Shown one piece after another: positions 45,092 to 54,742 of a stretch of 64,000 bases of DNA (the stretch's first letter is position 1; every line of letters starts with the position of its first letter). Source of the DNA: Patescibacteria group bacterium (GTDB taxonomy: Bacteria; Patescibacteriota; Minisyncoccia; Minisyncoccales; PEYH01); the NCBI GenBank assembly GCA_018900835.1, contig JAHIFQ010000009.1:1624-65623 (forward strand). Direction: 5' to 3'. A program made the translations under genes and the position numbers. A model generated the notes under the pieces. It did not search any database and was not told where the DNA came from. It saw only the letters and a program-made list of their open reading frames with translations.

Positions 45092-46678
45092 ATGCCTGAT
45101 AAATATTATCTAAGAATTGCTTTTGCGTCTGATTTGAAAAAAACAAGCGAGCGGTTATTATACCGCTTTTTAGAAATGCTGCCTGGCATAATAACATGGA
45201 CAACCCTTCTCGGCGCAATTCTGTTGTCTTATCTTAAGCCCATATTGATATCCATTTTTATTATCATTTTTGTAATATATTGGCTTTCCAAGACAATATA
45301 TTTTTCGTTTCACCTAAGAGTAAGTTATCAAAAAATGAAGCAAAACATAGAAATTGACTGGTTAGGCAAGTTGAACAAGCTTGGTACACCCTCCAACGGA
45401 CTGCCGATTCATCACTGGAATGAAATATACCATTTAATAGTTCTGCCAATGTATAAGGAGCCGTATGAAGTTGTAAGAGAATCCATAAAATCGCTTTTAA
45501 GAACTGATTATCCCAAAGACAAAATGATTGTTATTTTAGCCCAAGAAGAGAGGGCTGGAAATGATTTCAATAATGAATTGTCCAAGAAGATAGGTCAGGA
45601 ATTTAAAAATAGTTTTTATCAATTTTTTATTACTGTCCACCCAAAGGACTTACCCGGGGAAATAGCAGCAAAGTCCTCAAATGAAACATGGGCAGCCAAG
45701 AAGGCAAAGGAGCTAATATCTGTGCTCAATATTCCTTTTGAAAAAGTCATTTTTTCATCTTTTGACATAGACACAGTTGTTTCTGCCGATTACTTCGGCT
45801 GTCTTACTCATCACTATTTAACTACCCCAAAGCCATTGCGAACCAGTTTTCAACCAATCCCTTTGTTTTTAAACAATGTCTGGCAAGCCCCTGGAATATC
45901 AAGGGTATTTTCTTTTTCTTCAAGCTTTTGGCATTTGATTAATCAGCAAAGACCGGAAAAATTAATAACTTTTTCATCGCACTCAATGCCGTTCAAGGCA
46001 TTAGTTGATGTTGGTTTTAAGCAAACAGATGTTGTTTCAGATGATTCCCGGATTTTTTGGCAATGCCTTTTATTTTATGATGGCGATTATCGCGCAGAGC
46101 CGTTGAATTGTTCCATATCCATGGATGCCAATGCAGCAGAAACGCTTCGCAGAACTATTGTTCATATGTATAAACAACAAAGAAGGTGGGCTTATGGCGC
46201 AGGAGAAATTCCTTATTTTATTTTCGGATTTTTAAAGAATAAAAAAATATCTCTCAAAAGAAAGATTGCCTTAGCATTTGAAGCTATAGAGGGGCACTGG
46301 AATTGGGCTTGCGCCCCCATCCTTATTTTCGCCTTGGGCTGGCTTCCGATTTATCTTGGTGGCTCGGAATTTACCCAAACGATTTTTTCATACAATCTGC
46401 CAAAAATACTCGGCAGAATTCTTACAATTTCTATGCTTGGCTTGATTATGTCTATGTATTACACTTTTTATCTTTTGCCCCCAAAACCAAACACCAAGAA
46501 ACAGAAATTAAATATTTTGTGGGCCTGTGTGCAATGGATATTGGTGCCCTTTACAATGATATTTTTTACTGCTTTTCCAGCCATAGACGCGCAGACAAGA
46601 TTGCTTTTGGGGAAATATATGGGATTCTGGCCAACCCCGAAGCACAGGAAAGTGCAAAGCGTAAAACAAAAAGCGTAA
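45092..46678 (+). CDS. Membrane-embedded processive GT2 glycosyltransferase (cellulose/chitin-synthase-like, QxxRW type)
   Basis: LPMYKEPYEVV, DKMIVILAQEE, SFDIDT and QQRRWAYGA (Q-x-x-R-W), flanked by N- and C-terminal TM bundles. Confidence 0.7.
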   Translation: MPDKYYLRIAFASDLKKTSERLLYRFLEMLPGIITWTTLLGAILLSYLKPILISIFIIIFVIYWLSKTIYFSFHLRVSYQKMKQNIEIDWLGKLNKLGTPSNGLPIHHWNEIYHLIVLPMYKEPYEVVRESIKSLLRTDYPKDKMIVILAQEERAGNDFNNELSKKIGQEFKNSFYQFFITVHPKDLPGEIAAKSSNETWAAKKAKELISVLNIPFEKVIFSSFDIDTVVSADYFGCLTHHYLTTPKPLRTSFQPIPLFLNNVWQAPGISRVFSFSSSFWHLINQQRPEKLITFSSHSMPFKALVDVGFKQTDVVSDDSRIFWQCLLFYDGDYRAEPLNCSISMDANAAETLRRTIVHMYKQQRRWAYGAGEIPYFIFGFLKNKKISLKRKIALAFEAIEGHWNWACAPILIFALGWLPIYLGGSEFTQTIFSYNLPKILGRILTISMLGLIMSMYYTFYLLPPKPNTKKQKLNILWACVQWILVPFTMIFFTAFPAIDAQTRLLLGKYMGFWPTPKHRKVQSVKQKA

Positions 46679-46687
46679 AACAACAAT
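46653..46687 (-). repeat. Heptamer array (reads tgcaaag/cgtaaaa/caaaaag/cgtaaaa/caacaat on +) covering the last codons and stop of the GT2 gene
   Basis: Read directly. It encodes ...VQSVKQKA*. Confidence 0.7.
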
Positions 46688-46719
46688 TTAAAATTTAAAC
46701 TTTTATTTTTGCACTGTTA

Positions 46720-46754
46720 TTTTGCGCTTTACACTTTACGCTTTACGCTTTATT
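46720..46754 (+). repeat. Heptamer array ttttgcg/ctttaca/ctttacg/ctttacg/ctttatt, inverted relative to 46653-46687
   Basis: Read directly. It abuts the recG stop (46750-46752). The two arrays can pair (aaagcgtaaa / tttacgcttt). Confidence 0.7.
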
Positions 46755-48882
46755 CCAGGTGAATATTTCTGCGGAAAAAAACCAATCTCTGTCTTAAGAA
46801 GGGGAGATTTTTTAGTTCTGGGTCGCGCGTTAATATATCCTGCGCTGTTTCCCTGGCTTTTTCTACCAAAGAGAAATCATCCAAAGCATTCATCGCAATA
46901 TCAGGCAGACCCCATTGTTTTGTTCCAAGGAATTGTCCAGGCCCCCTTATTTTCAAATCTTTTTCCGCCAACTTAAGCCCATTGTCTATGGTTGCCAACG
47001 CTTTGAGTCGGGCATAGGCATTTTTAGACCGGGTATTACAGAATAACAGGCAATATGCTTGGTCGCCTTGTCTGCCTATCCTGCCTCTGAATTGATGTAG
47101 TTGCGACAAGCCGAATCTTTCCGCTCCTTCAATAACCATCACTGTTGCGTTGGGGATATCTATTCCCACCTCTATAACAGAAGTGGAAACCAGAATATCT
47201 ATTTTCTGCCTCCTGAAATCCTTCATTATTTTATTCTTATCTGTGTTCGGCATTTTGCCGTGGAGCATTGCGATTTTAAATTGAGGGAACACTTCTTTAG
47301 ATAGCCGTTGATATTCTTCCTTGACTGCTTTCACTTCTGACCAGCCCGACTTATCTTCTTTTCCTTCTTCTAATTCTTTTTCCTCAATCCGAGGACAAAT
47401 CACGAACGCCTGTCTGCCCCTGCCCATCTCTTCTTCAATTAATTTGTAGATTTTTTTCCTATCTTTTTGGGGGACTAAAAGGGTTTTTACTTTCCTTTGC
47501 CCTTTTGGCATTTGGTCAATCAGAGATAAATCCAAATCACCGTAAACTGTCAGAGCCAAAGTTCGGGGGATAGGAGTGGCGGTCATTGATAAAAGATGTG
47601 GAATAATTGTTTTCCCAGCGCGATGGAGCTTGGCACGCTGTTCCACGCCGAATCGGTGTTGTTCGTCTAAAATCACAAGTCCTAATTTTAGAAATTTTAC
47701 CTTATCTTGAATTAAAGAATGGGTGCCGATTAAAATATCTATATCTCCTTTTAATGTATCCTCTAAAAGTTTTTTTCTGGAAATTTCCACTGCCTGGCGT
47801 TTAAGTTTTTTGGAAATAAATTTGTCTGTTTTTGAAGTGAGCAAACCGATATTTATTTTACAATCTTGCAGCAACGCGCCAATGGTTTCAAAATGTTGTT
47901 TTGAAAGAATCTCTGTGGGCGCCATAAAAGCAACTTGATTCCCGGACTTTATCACATTTAAACTTGCCATTGTAGCTACAACTGTTTTACCAGAGCCGAC
48001 ATCTCCTTGGAGTAGGCGGGTCATTGGTCTGTTCTTTTCCATATCTTTTAATATTCTCCAAGCAATTTTTTTCTGTGAATCAGTGAGCTTAAATGGAAGA
48101 GATTTTACGAATCGCTGAATAATCTCTACCTTAATAGGCATAGGAACGGTCTTGAGCCGGGAGATTTCCTCTTTCTTGCCTAATACAAATAATTCCAGTA
48201 AAAATAATTCTTCAAAAGCAAATCTGTGCTTTGCTTTTTCCGCCATTTTAGCAGAGCTTGGGAAATGTATTTCAGAGATAGCTTTTTTAATGGCTAAAAG
48301 ATTGTTTTCTTTTATAATATTCTCTGGCAAAGTTTCTGGAACTTTTTCGGAAAACTCTTTTAGCAATGGCCTGATGATGAATCTTAACCACCTTGAAGAA
48401 ACGCCCCTGATTTCAGGATAAACAGGGATTATCCTACCAGTATGAGTGAATTCATTTTGTTTGCCATTTGCTTCAGACCATATTTTTTCGTAAACAGGAT
48501 TGGAGAAATAAGCGCCTTCTTTGCCAATAGAGATTTTTCCTGCCAGACAAACAATATCTCCGGACTTAATAGATTGAATTAAATATGGTTGATTAAACCA
48601 AGTCGCTTGCATTGTTCCGCTTGAATCCTTTATCACTGCTTTTGTAAGGGAAAATCTTTTTCTGAATGTGGTTTGGTTTTCAATCTTTAAAACCTCGCCC
48701 TTGATACAGGCGGTCTCGTTTATTTTCAGTTGGGATATTTTTTTGAGATTGGAAAAATCCTCGTAGCGGTGGGGGAAATAAAAAAGAAGGTCACGAACAG
48801 TCCTAACCCCCATTTTTTCAAGTTTTTTTATATACACAGGTCCGATTTTCTGAAGCTCTCCTACTGGAGTGGATAATTGCAT
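46750..48882 (-). CDS. recG: ATP-dependent DNA helicase RecG
   Basis: N-terminal wedge/OB domain, helicase motif I GDVGSGKT, DEQHRFG (motif II), SATPIPRTL, C-terminal helicase lobe QLHQFRGRIGRQ. Confidence 0.93.
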   Translation of the reverse strand: MQLSTPVGELQKIGPVYIKKLEKMGVRTVRDLLFYFPHRYEDFSNLKKISQLKINETACIKGEVLKIENQTTFRKRFSLTKAVIKDSSGTMQATWFNQPYLIQSIKSGDIVCLAGKISIGKEGAYFSNPVYEKIWSEANGKQNEFTHTGRIIPVYPEIRGVSSRWLRFIIRPLLKEFSEKVPETLPENIIKENNLLAIKKAISEIHFPSSAKMAEKAKHRFAFEELFLLELFVLGKKEEISRLKTVPMPIKVEIIQRFVKSLPFKLTDSQKKIAWRILKDMEKNRPMTRLLQGDVGSGKTVVATMASLNVIKSGNQVAFMAPTEILSKQHFETIGALLQDCKINIGLLTSKTDKFISKKLKRQAVEISRKKLLEDTLKGDIDILIGTHSLIQDKVKFLKLGLVILDEQHRFGVEQRAKLHRAGKTIIPHLLSMTATPIPRTLALTVYGDLDLSLIDQMPKGQRKVKTLLVPQKDRKKIYKLIEEEMGRGRQAFVICPRIEEKELEEGKEDKSGWSEVKAVKEEYQRLSKEVFPQFKIAMLHGKMPNTDKNKIMKDFRRQKIDILVSTSVIEVGIDIPNATVMVIEGAERFGLSQLHQFRGRIGRQGDQAYCLLFCNTRSKNAYARLKALATIDNGLKLAEKDLKIRGPGQFLGTKQWGLPDIAMNALDDFSLVEKARETAQDILTRDPELKNLPFLRQRLVFFRRNIHLE

Positions 48883-48925
48883 ATTATTACGAGGTTATTA
48901 CGAGGCCGGGCCTCGTAGTTCTTTG

Positions 48926-48997
48926 TGCCCCCGAGAGGAGTCGAACCTCTATCACAAACTCCGCAAGTTCGCATTCTGTCCATTGAACTACGGGGGC
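48926..48997 (-). tRNA. tRNA-Arg (anticodon GCG)
   Basis: Reverse complement reads GCCCCCG..CGGGGGC A, CGAAC TTGCGGA GTTTG, T arm AGAGG TTCGACT CCTCT. Confidence 0.8.
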
Positions 48998-49105
48998 TTG
49001 ATTATATATAATTTAGCATAGAAAGCTCTTAATTTCAATGTTTTGCCGTATACTTAATACAAAAATTATGTTAACATGGAGATATAGCCGAATAGGCTAA
49101 TCATT

Positions 49106-50086
49106 ATGAGAGTTATTTTATCTCCGCAAAAACAGAAAAAATTAATGCAAGCCATTTTGTCTCGTATCTCAGTGAAAGATGTAGCAAAAGCATGCTCTCT
49201 TTCCGAGAGAACAATTAGAGATTGGCGTAGAGCAAAGTTTTCAATAGACCTAAAGGCTCTGCGTAAATTATGTAGCAAAACTAATATTCCCTTTCCTTCT
49301 AATGCTGAATTAAAGGATGATTATTGGTATACAGATGATGGCTCATCCGCTGGTGGCCTGGCAGTTTATAAAAAATATGGGAGAGTTGGAGGAGATCCTG
49401 AATATCGGAAGAAGAAATGGTATGAATGGTGGGAGAGAGAGGGACAATATAGAAATAATTTAATAGCTGGCCACCCTCTTCCTTTTAAGAAGCCAAAATT
49501 GTCTCAAAGTTTGGCAGAGTTTGTCGGGATTATTTTAGGCGATGGTTCTGTTGCTGAAAGACAAATTGTTATAACGCTCCATAGTAAAGATGATAGGGAA
49601 TATGGTAGATTTATCGTTAGTTTAATAAAAAAATTATTTAATGTGCCAGTGGGTACCTATTTAAGGAAGGATCAAGCAACAATTAATTTTATTATTTCAA
49701 GAACTAAATTGGTTAATTTTATGGTTGGAAAGCTTGGACTGGTGAGAGGAGACAAAGTGAAACAACAAGTAGATGTTCCAAAATGGATAAAAGAAAACAA
49801 GAGATACGTGATTGCCTGTATTCGTGGACTCATAGACACCGATGGGTGTGTTTTTGATCATCGTTATAAAGTGAATGGAAAGGCTTATAGCTATAAAAAA
49901 CTTTCTTTTACAAATCATTCTAAGCCACTTCTCGAATTTGTTTTTAACAATTTAAAGAGGAATAAATTAAATCCTAGATTGGCACGGGATACAGATGTTT
50001 TTCTTGATAGCAAAGAAGATATGAAAAGATATTTCAGAATCATTAATTCTCATAACCCTAAACACTTGAAGAGATATTCAAAATGA
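49106..50086 (+). CDS. Free-standing double-motif LAGLIDADG homing endonuclease with N-terminal HTH
   Basis: LAEFVGIILGDGSV and ACIRGLIDTDGCV are the two LAGLIDADG motifs. N-terminal VKDVAKACSLSERTIRDW is the HTH. Confidence 0.8.
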   Translation: MRVILSPQKQKKLMQAILSRISVKDVAKACSLSERTIRDWRRAKFSIDLKALRKLCSKTNIPFPSNAELKDDYWYTDDGSSAGGLAVYKKYGRVGGDPEYRKKKWYEWWEREGQYRNNLIAGHPLPFKKPKLSQSLAEFVGIILGDGSVAERQIVITLHSKDDREYGRFIVSLIKKLFNVPVGTYLRKDQATINFIISRTKLVNFMVGKLGLVRGDKVKQQVDVPKWIKENKRYVIACIRGLIDTDGCVFDHRYKVNGKAYSYKKLSFTNHSKPLLEFVFNNLKRNKLNPRLARDTDVFLDSKEDMKRYFRIINSHNPKHLKRYSK

Positions 50087-50114
50087 GATAAGATAAGCTA
50101 AAGTAAGCATTTTG

Positions 50115-50202
50115 GGAGGAGTACTCAAAAGGTTACGAGAGCGGGTTGCTAACCCGTAGGGGTTTAAAAAGCCTCTTGTGGGTTCGAATCCCACCTCCTC
50201 CG
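50115..50202 (+). tRNA. tRNA-Ser (anticodon GCT)
   Basis: GGAGGAG..CTCCTCC G, GCGGG TTGCTAA CCCGT, long variable arm, T arm GTGGG TTCGAAT CCCAC. Confidence 0.85.
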
Positions 50203-50296
50203 CAGACGAATATAGATGAGGAGGCACTGAGCACAGTAGTGCGAATGTGCCAAATATTTAAGTTAGAATAAATAGCGCCAGATACTAATTTTAAAT

Positions 50297-50380
50297 GGAG
50301 GAGTCGCATAGTGGTTTAGTGCACCGGTTTTGAAAACCGGCGTCCGCAAGGACTCGTGGGTTCGAATCCCACCTCCTCCG
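50297..50380 (+). tRNA. tRNA-Ser (anticodon TGA)
   Basis: Same acceptor and T arm as 50115. CCGGT TTTGAAA ACCGG. Confidence 0.85.
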
Positions 50381-50463
50381 CAGATGCAATTTCTTATCGG
50401 AGCGACCCGAGCGATTAATTTAAAAAATGAAATAAGGATTTTCAGAAGAATCAAAATATCAAT

Positions 50464-51150
50464 ATGGATTTACAGGAATTTAAAAATAAAGTCATATGTG
50501 AAGAGTTAGAAATTCCTGAAGATTATGGAAAGATTTTTTCTTTTGTAGATTTTTCTAATGTAAATAGATGGTTTGAAAATGATAATCAAGATTGGAATAA
50601 TAAATTGCTTACTAACAGCGAGAAGCTTTCTATAGATCTTGAAAAGTTAAAATCATTTACAGATATTTTTAGCGAAAAGGTAAGGATATATTACGGAGAA
50701 GATTCTAAAAATCAAGGGTCGCTAAAATTTACTTATGTAATCAGAAAAATATTCGGAAAACGAAATGTAGTAATAAAAGATTTACAGAGAATAAAGCATT
50801 ATATTGAATTAGAGGGGGCAGATAACATTAAGCATATTTTTAGAGATAAGGATGGGAGATATTATGCGGAAATTAGAAAATGTAATTTTGATGTAGAAAT
50901 TTCTGTTGATGCTATTAAAATGCTTCGGCACTATGATACTTTTTGCATTCTTTCGAGCGATGCGGACTTTACATATTTAAACAACTTTTTAAGAAAAGAA
51001 GGAAAGAAAGTTATTATAATAAAAGGTGGATTTATTACTGCTAAGCTAAGGGAATCGGCTGACTTAGTTATCAATGCTCAAAAGATAAAAAAATATATAG
51101 CTCGAATAATAAAAGACAAAGACCTGACTGAGTCAGGTCTTTGTGGATAG
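50464..51150 (+). CDS. NYN-domain (LabA/PIN-like) putative RNase
   Basis: FSFVDFSNVN, KCNFDVEISVDAIKM, DTFCILSSDADFTYLNNFLRKEGKKVIII match the NYN motif series. Confidence 0.65.
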   Translation: MDLQEFKNKVICEELEIPEDYGKIFSFVDFSNVNRWFENDNQDWNNKLLTNSEKLSIDLEKLKSFTDIFSEKVRIYYGEDSKNQGSLKFTYVIRKIFGKRNVVIKDLQRIKHYIELEGADNIKHIFRDKDGRYYAEIRKCNFDVEISVDAIKMLRHYDTFCILSSDADFTYLNNFLRKEGKKVIIIKGGFITAKLRESADLVINAQKIKKYIARIIKDKDLTESGLCG

Positions 51151-51404
51151 TTCTCCCGAATTAACCTCGGGCAGGTATGAATCCAATATACTATACTTAA
51201 AATTAAAGTCAATGGGTATTATCCACATAGGTAAAATTTATCTCAAAAATAAAGACATTTGTTGAGTTAGTTGTTTAGGGTTAGTGTAAAAGATATAATT
51301 TTTAAAATCTTCAGTATTGTCTCGTTTATAGAAGATAGGCCATGACCCATGTGCCTCGGTTACTGCGTGGCAAAGTCCGTCTCAAGCACACGAATCATTG
51401 GTTT

Positions 51405-52097
51405 TTATCCTCGCGCGACAACCGCGCCCCAAACCCGCTGGGCGTGGTTTTGTTTTAGGACTTTCGCGCATTCTTCCATTGTTGCGCCAGTGGTGAAAAC
51501 ATCATCTATCAATAATACATCTTTATTTTTAATCAACTGCCCAAACAGCGGATTCAATTCAAAAGCATTAAGAATATTTTTTATCCGTTCTTCTTTTGTG
51601 AGCTCTGCTTGCGGAAGCGTTGTTTTTGTTTTCACAAGCAATCCTGGGACGAAAGAGATGCCGATTTCTTCGGAAAAATATTTAGCGATTTCTTCGGATT
51701 GGTTAAAGCCCCTGTTTTTCAGTTTTTTTCTGCGCATTGGCACGCCACAGACAATTAAATTATCACAGCATTGGTTTACAGAGAGTAATTGATACGACAG
51801 GAGCGTTTGATTGTCCAATAATTTAAAGTGAGCTATAATTAAATCAGATAAATGGTTGGACAAGTCCTTGATGCGATTGTATTTGCATAAATGGATTATT
51901 GATTTGACCATTTTGTCATTGTAAGCAGTGGCAGCATGCAGACCGTCAAGATACTGGAATTTTTCATAGGACGCATCCTTGAAAATATCAATTAACGCAA
52001 AGCAATCCTCGCAGAGGCATTGCCCTGGTTTATTGCAATTTACGCAACGCTTTGGCCAGAGGCCGTCTAAAATAGTTTCTTTTATGGTTTTCCACAT
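51405..52097 (-). CDS. comFC: ComF-family phosphoribosyltransferase-like competence protein
   Basis: N-terminal CxxC...CxxC zinc finger (CVNCNKPGQCLCEDC) and PRTase motif VLLIDDVFTTGATM. Confidence 0.85.
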   Translation of the reverse strand: MWKTIKETILDGLWPKRCVNCNKPGQCLCEDCFALIDIFKDASYEKFQYLDGLHAATAYNDKMVKSIIHLCKYNRIKDLSNHLSDLIIAHFKLLDNQTLLSYQLLSVNQCCDNLIVCGVPMRRKKLKNRGFNQSEEIAKYFSEEIGISFVPGLLVKTKTTLPQAELTKEERIKNILNAFELNPLFGQLIKNKDVLLIDDVFTTGATMEECAKVLKQNHAQRVWGAVVARG

Positions 52098-52191
52098 TGT
52101 GTGTTTAAAAATAATAGCAAAAAAAAAGAAATAAGGGTAAAATAGATTAATCGCAATAATCGCAATAAAATAATATTATATCATTTTTTAA

Positions 52192-53250
52192 ATGCCGTTA
52201 TTTTCTAAAAACTTTTTAGGCATTGATGTTGGCACCTCGTCTATCAAGATAGTGGAGTTGCAAAAAAGCAAGGGCATTACTTTGTCCAATTATGCTATTT
52301 TAGGCGCTGACTATTTTGGCGCAGATGATTTTCAGACCCGAGAAAAAGGCATGCTTTCTATTTCCGAGGATGATATCTCTAAGGCACTTATGGTTATGTT
52401 GAAAGAAGCAGGAATAAAATCAAAGCAGGCATTTTTTTCTATTCCTGATTACGCAACCTTTTTTACCACCTTTGACCTTCCGTCAATGTCTGCGGAAGAA
52501 ATTCCTGAAGCAGTAAAATATGAAGCGCCGCGCCGAATTCCTTTGCCCTTATCAGAAGTAATTCTTGATTGGCAACTTATTAAAGGCGGTCCCTCTAAAG
52601 AGGGTCGAACGCCGTTGCGGATTCTATTGGTAGCTGTACCAAAAGAGATAATCAACCAATATCAGAACATAGCATTGTCAGTGGGGCTCAAGGTGATTGC
52701 TTTGGAGGCAGAAGTGTTTGCCATTATCAGGGCATTGATTAAATATCAGGATAAGAGCAATATTATATGCCTTGTTGATATCGGAGAAAGGAGCACCACA
52801 ATTAATGTTGTTGCCCAAGGAATCTTAAAGGTTTCCCACAGCTTTGATGTGGCTGGTGAAGATTTTACAAAAGCATTTTCTGATTCTCTGCAGATTGACA
52901 AAAGAAAAGCAGAGACAATTAAAAGGATGTATGGACTTACTGATAAAAATCCAGGCATCAAGGAAATAATCAAACCGCAAATAGAAGCAATTGTTAAAAA
53001 GATTAAAAATACCACCGATGAATTATATTTAGAGGATAAAGAGAGGATAGGAAAGGTCATTATTTCCGGAGGAGGAGCTATGTTAGCAGGAGGAGCAGAT
53101 TATTTTTCTAAAAAACTTGATTTGCCGGTAGAGTTAGCTGACCCGTTTATAGACATTTCATACCCGCCCATTCTCTCGGAGCCATTGAAAAAAATCAGTT
53201 CTGGATTTACAATAGCAGTAGGAATGGCTCTCCGCGGTTTTAATAAGTAA
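52192..53250 (+). CDS. pilM: PilM, set 2
   Basis: GIDVGTSSIKIVEL, VDIGERSTT, ISGGGAMLAG. Actin-like fold. About 350 aa. Confidence 0.85.
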   Translation: MPLFSKNFLGIDVGTSSIKIVELQKSKGITLSNYAILGADYFGADDFQTREKGMLSISEDDISKALMVMLKEAGIKSKQAFFSIPDYATFFTTFDLPSMSAEEIPEAVKYEAPRRIPLPLSEVILDWQLIKGGPSKEGRTPLRILLVAVPKEIINQYQNIALSVGLKVIALEAEVFAIIRALIKYQDKSNIICLVDIGERSTTINVVAQGILKVSHSFDVAGEDFTKAFSDSLQIDKRKAETIKRMYGLTDKNPGIKEIIKPQIEAIVKKIKNTTDELYLEDKERIGKVIISGGGAMLAGGADYFSKKLDLPVELADPFIDISYPPILSEPLKKISSGFTIAVGMALRGFNK

Positions 53251-53267
53251 AAGTTAATATTCTTCTT

Positions 53268-53807
53268 ATGGTGCAGGTGATTCCAAGAAAAGTTGCTCCC
53301 CAGAAGTCCTTGGTCAAAAAGATATTGCCCTGGTCTTCTTTGTTTTTAATAGCGCTGATGGTTATCCTTTATTTCGTCTTTGATTTTCAGGCCAAAAGAG
53401 CAGAGACATCTTTAGTAGAAGTAAAAAATGAGCTGGGCAGAACTCAAACAGAAGAGCAGGCAGAGCTTCAGAAAATTGTTTTGGGTTTCCAGAAAAGAAT
53501 TGAGGATGTTGCTATTCTATTAAAGGACAGAGAAAAGGTTTCAGATATATTGGCCTTCCTTGAGACATATATTCATCCGAAAGTATATTTTGATTCAATG
53601 ACCCTTAATATTGAAACTCGGCTAATAAATCTACAGGGGATATCAGAGGATTTTACAAGTTTGGGCCAACAGATTTTCGCCTTTCAACAGGACCCGTTTA
53701 TCAAAGAAGTAAAGCTGTCTAATGTTTCTCTATCTGTAGAGGGGGGAGTAAAATTTGTTATAGAATTGTTCTTGCCAGATAAAAGCGAGGACATAACTAA
53801 GAAATAA
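53268..53807 (+). CDS. PilN-like bitopic protein, set 2
   Basis: Single TM WSSLFLIALMVILYFVF, coiled region. Position after pilM fits. Lacks the INLLP motif. Confidence 0.5.
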   Translation: MVQVIPRKVAPQKSLVKKILPWSSLFLIALMVILYFVFDFQAKRAETSLVEVKNELGRTQTEEQAELQKIVLGFQKRIEDVAILLKDREKVSDILAFLETYIHPKVYFDSMTLNIETRLINLQGISEDFTSLGQQIFAFQQDPFIKEVKLSNVSLSVEGGVKFVIELFLPDKSEDITKK

Positions 53808-53812
53808 TTATA

Positions 53813-54337
53813 ATGAAATACGCTATTATCATTGTCGCTGTGAGCATATTGATTTCCCTGACATTGGGCATTTTCTTAGTTTGGCCTCAATACAGGGGCT
53901 TTAGAGATATACAGAGTCAGTTGAATCAGAAAGAATTGCAGTTGGAAAATCAGAATAAATATATTCAATCACTGAAGGTCGCTAAAAAAGAAATGGATGA
54001 GCGGTCGGATATAGTTTCTAAAATTGAGAGCGCTCTCCCCATTGGTTCTGACGCGCCTTCTTTGCTTGAGTTCCTGCAAAACGCATCTGCCTCATCTGGC
54101 ATTAGTTTGGACAATATTAGCTTGGAAAAGGCCTCTCCTGGCGACGAAAAAGAGAGGGTTAAGAGCCATTTTTTCAGCGCAGAATTGTCTGGTTCTTATT
54201 TTTCATTTAAAAATTTCTTATTTGCCCTTGAGACGAGTTCCCGCTTGATAGAGGTGGAGCAAACAAATTTTTCTGTGCCATTAACAGAAGGGCAATCAGC
54301 ATTGATTAAAATTAGAGCAAGAATCAGTTCGTATTAA
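53813..54337 (+). CDS. PilO-like bitopic protein, set 2
   Basis: N-terminal TM, coiled coil QLNQKELQLENQNKYIQSL, alpha/beta C-terminus. Confidence 0.5.
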   Translation: MKYAIIIVAVSILISLTLGIFLVWPQYRGFRDIQSQLNQKELQLENQNKYIQSLKVAKKEMDERSDIVSKIESALPIGSDAPSLLEFLQNASASSGISLDNISLEKASPGDEKERVKSHFFSAELSGSYFSFKNFLFALETSSRLIEVEQTNFSVPLTEGQSALIKIRARISSY

Positions 54338-54376
54338 TAACTAATAACTGATAACTGATTAATGATTAATGATTAA
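54335..54376 (+). repeat. Heptamer array taataac/taataac/tgataac/tgattaa/tgattaa/tgattaa
   Basis: Read directly. It starts at the TAA stop and ends 3 nt before the next ATG. Confidence 0.85.
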
Positions 54377-54379
54377 TTT

Positions 54380-54667
54380 ATGGCTATAGTATTTTACGAA
54401 AAAAGGAAGAAAGAAATTTATATAGCAATTGCTGGTTTGGCATTGATAGCCATTCTTGTTTTTGTTTTAATTAAAATTAAAGGAGGCGGGTTTATTGTGG
54501 GAGAATCAGCGTTGTCTCTTCCTGTAGTCAAGGAGGTTAAGATAGATTTTCAAAAAATAGAGGAGGAAATTTGGAACGACCTAAAATCCTTTACGCCGAT
54601 TTCTCCTCTTTCAGAAGGCATTGGGAGGGAGAATCCTTTTGCCCCTGCGCTTCCTGTGTCAAATTGA
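54380..54667 (+). CDS. Small single-TM protein of pilus set 2
   Basis: TM IYIAIAGLALIAILVFVLI. Positional counterpart of 14070..14390. Confidence 0.4.
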   Translation: MAIVFYEKRKKEIYIAIAGLALIAILVFVLIKIKGGGFIVGESALSLPVVKEVKIDFQKIEEEIWNDLKSFTPISPLSEGIGRENPFAPALPVSN

Positions 54668-54742
54668 TGGTCAGTCATTGTCAGGCGAAATTTTTATATA
54701 CTTTTGCAGTCCACTCGCGCGGGTGGTCTTCTTCTTAATGAA

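Noticed and set aside
51151-51404. Possible ncRNA in the NYN/comFC convergent spacer (tataat at about 51293, GC-richer stretch ggccatgacccatgtgcctcgg...)
   Set aside because: I could not find a convincing fold or terminator, or any resemblance to SRP, 6S, tmRNA or RNase P motifs. The evidence is insufficient.
51349-51792. ORF 51349..51792 (+)
   Set aside because: It is antisense to comFC, which has clear zinc-finger and PRTase motifs. It has no motifs of its own.
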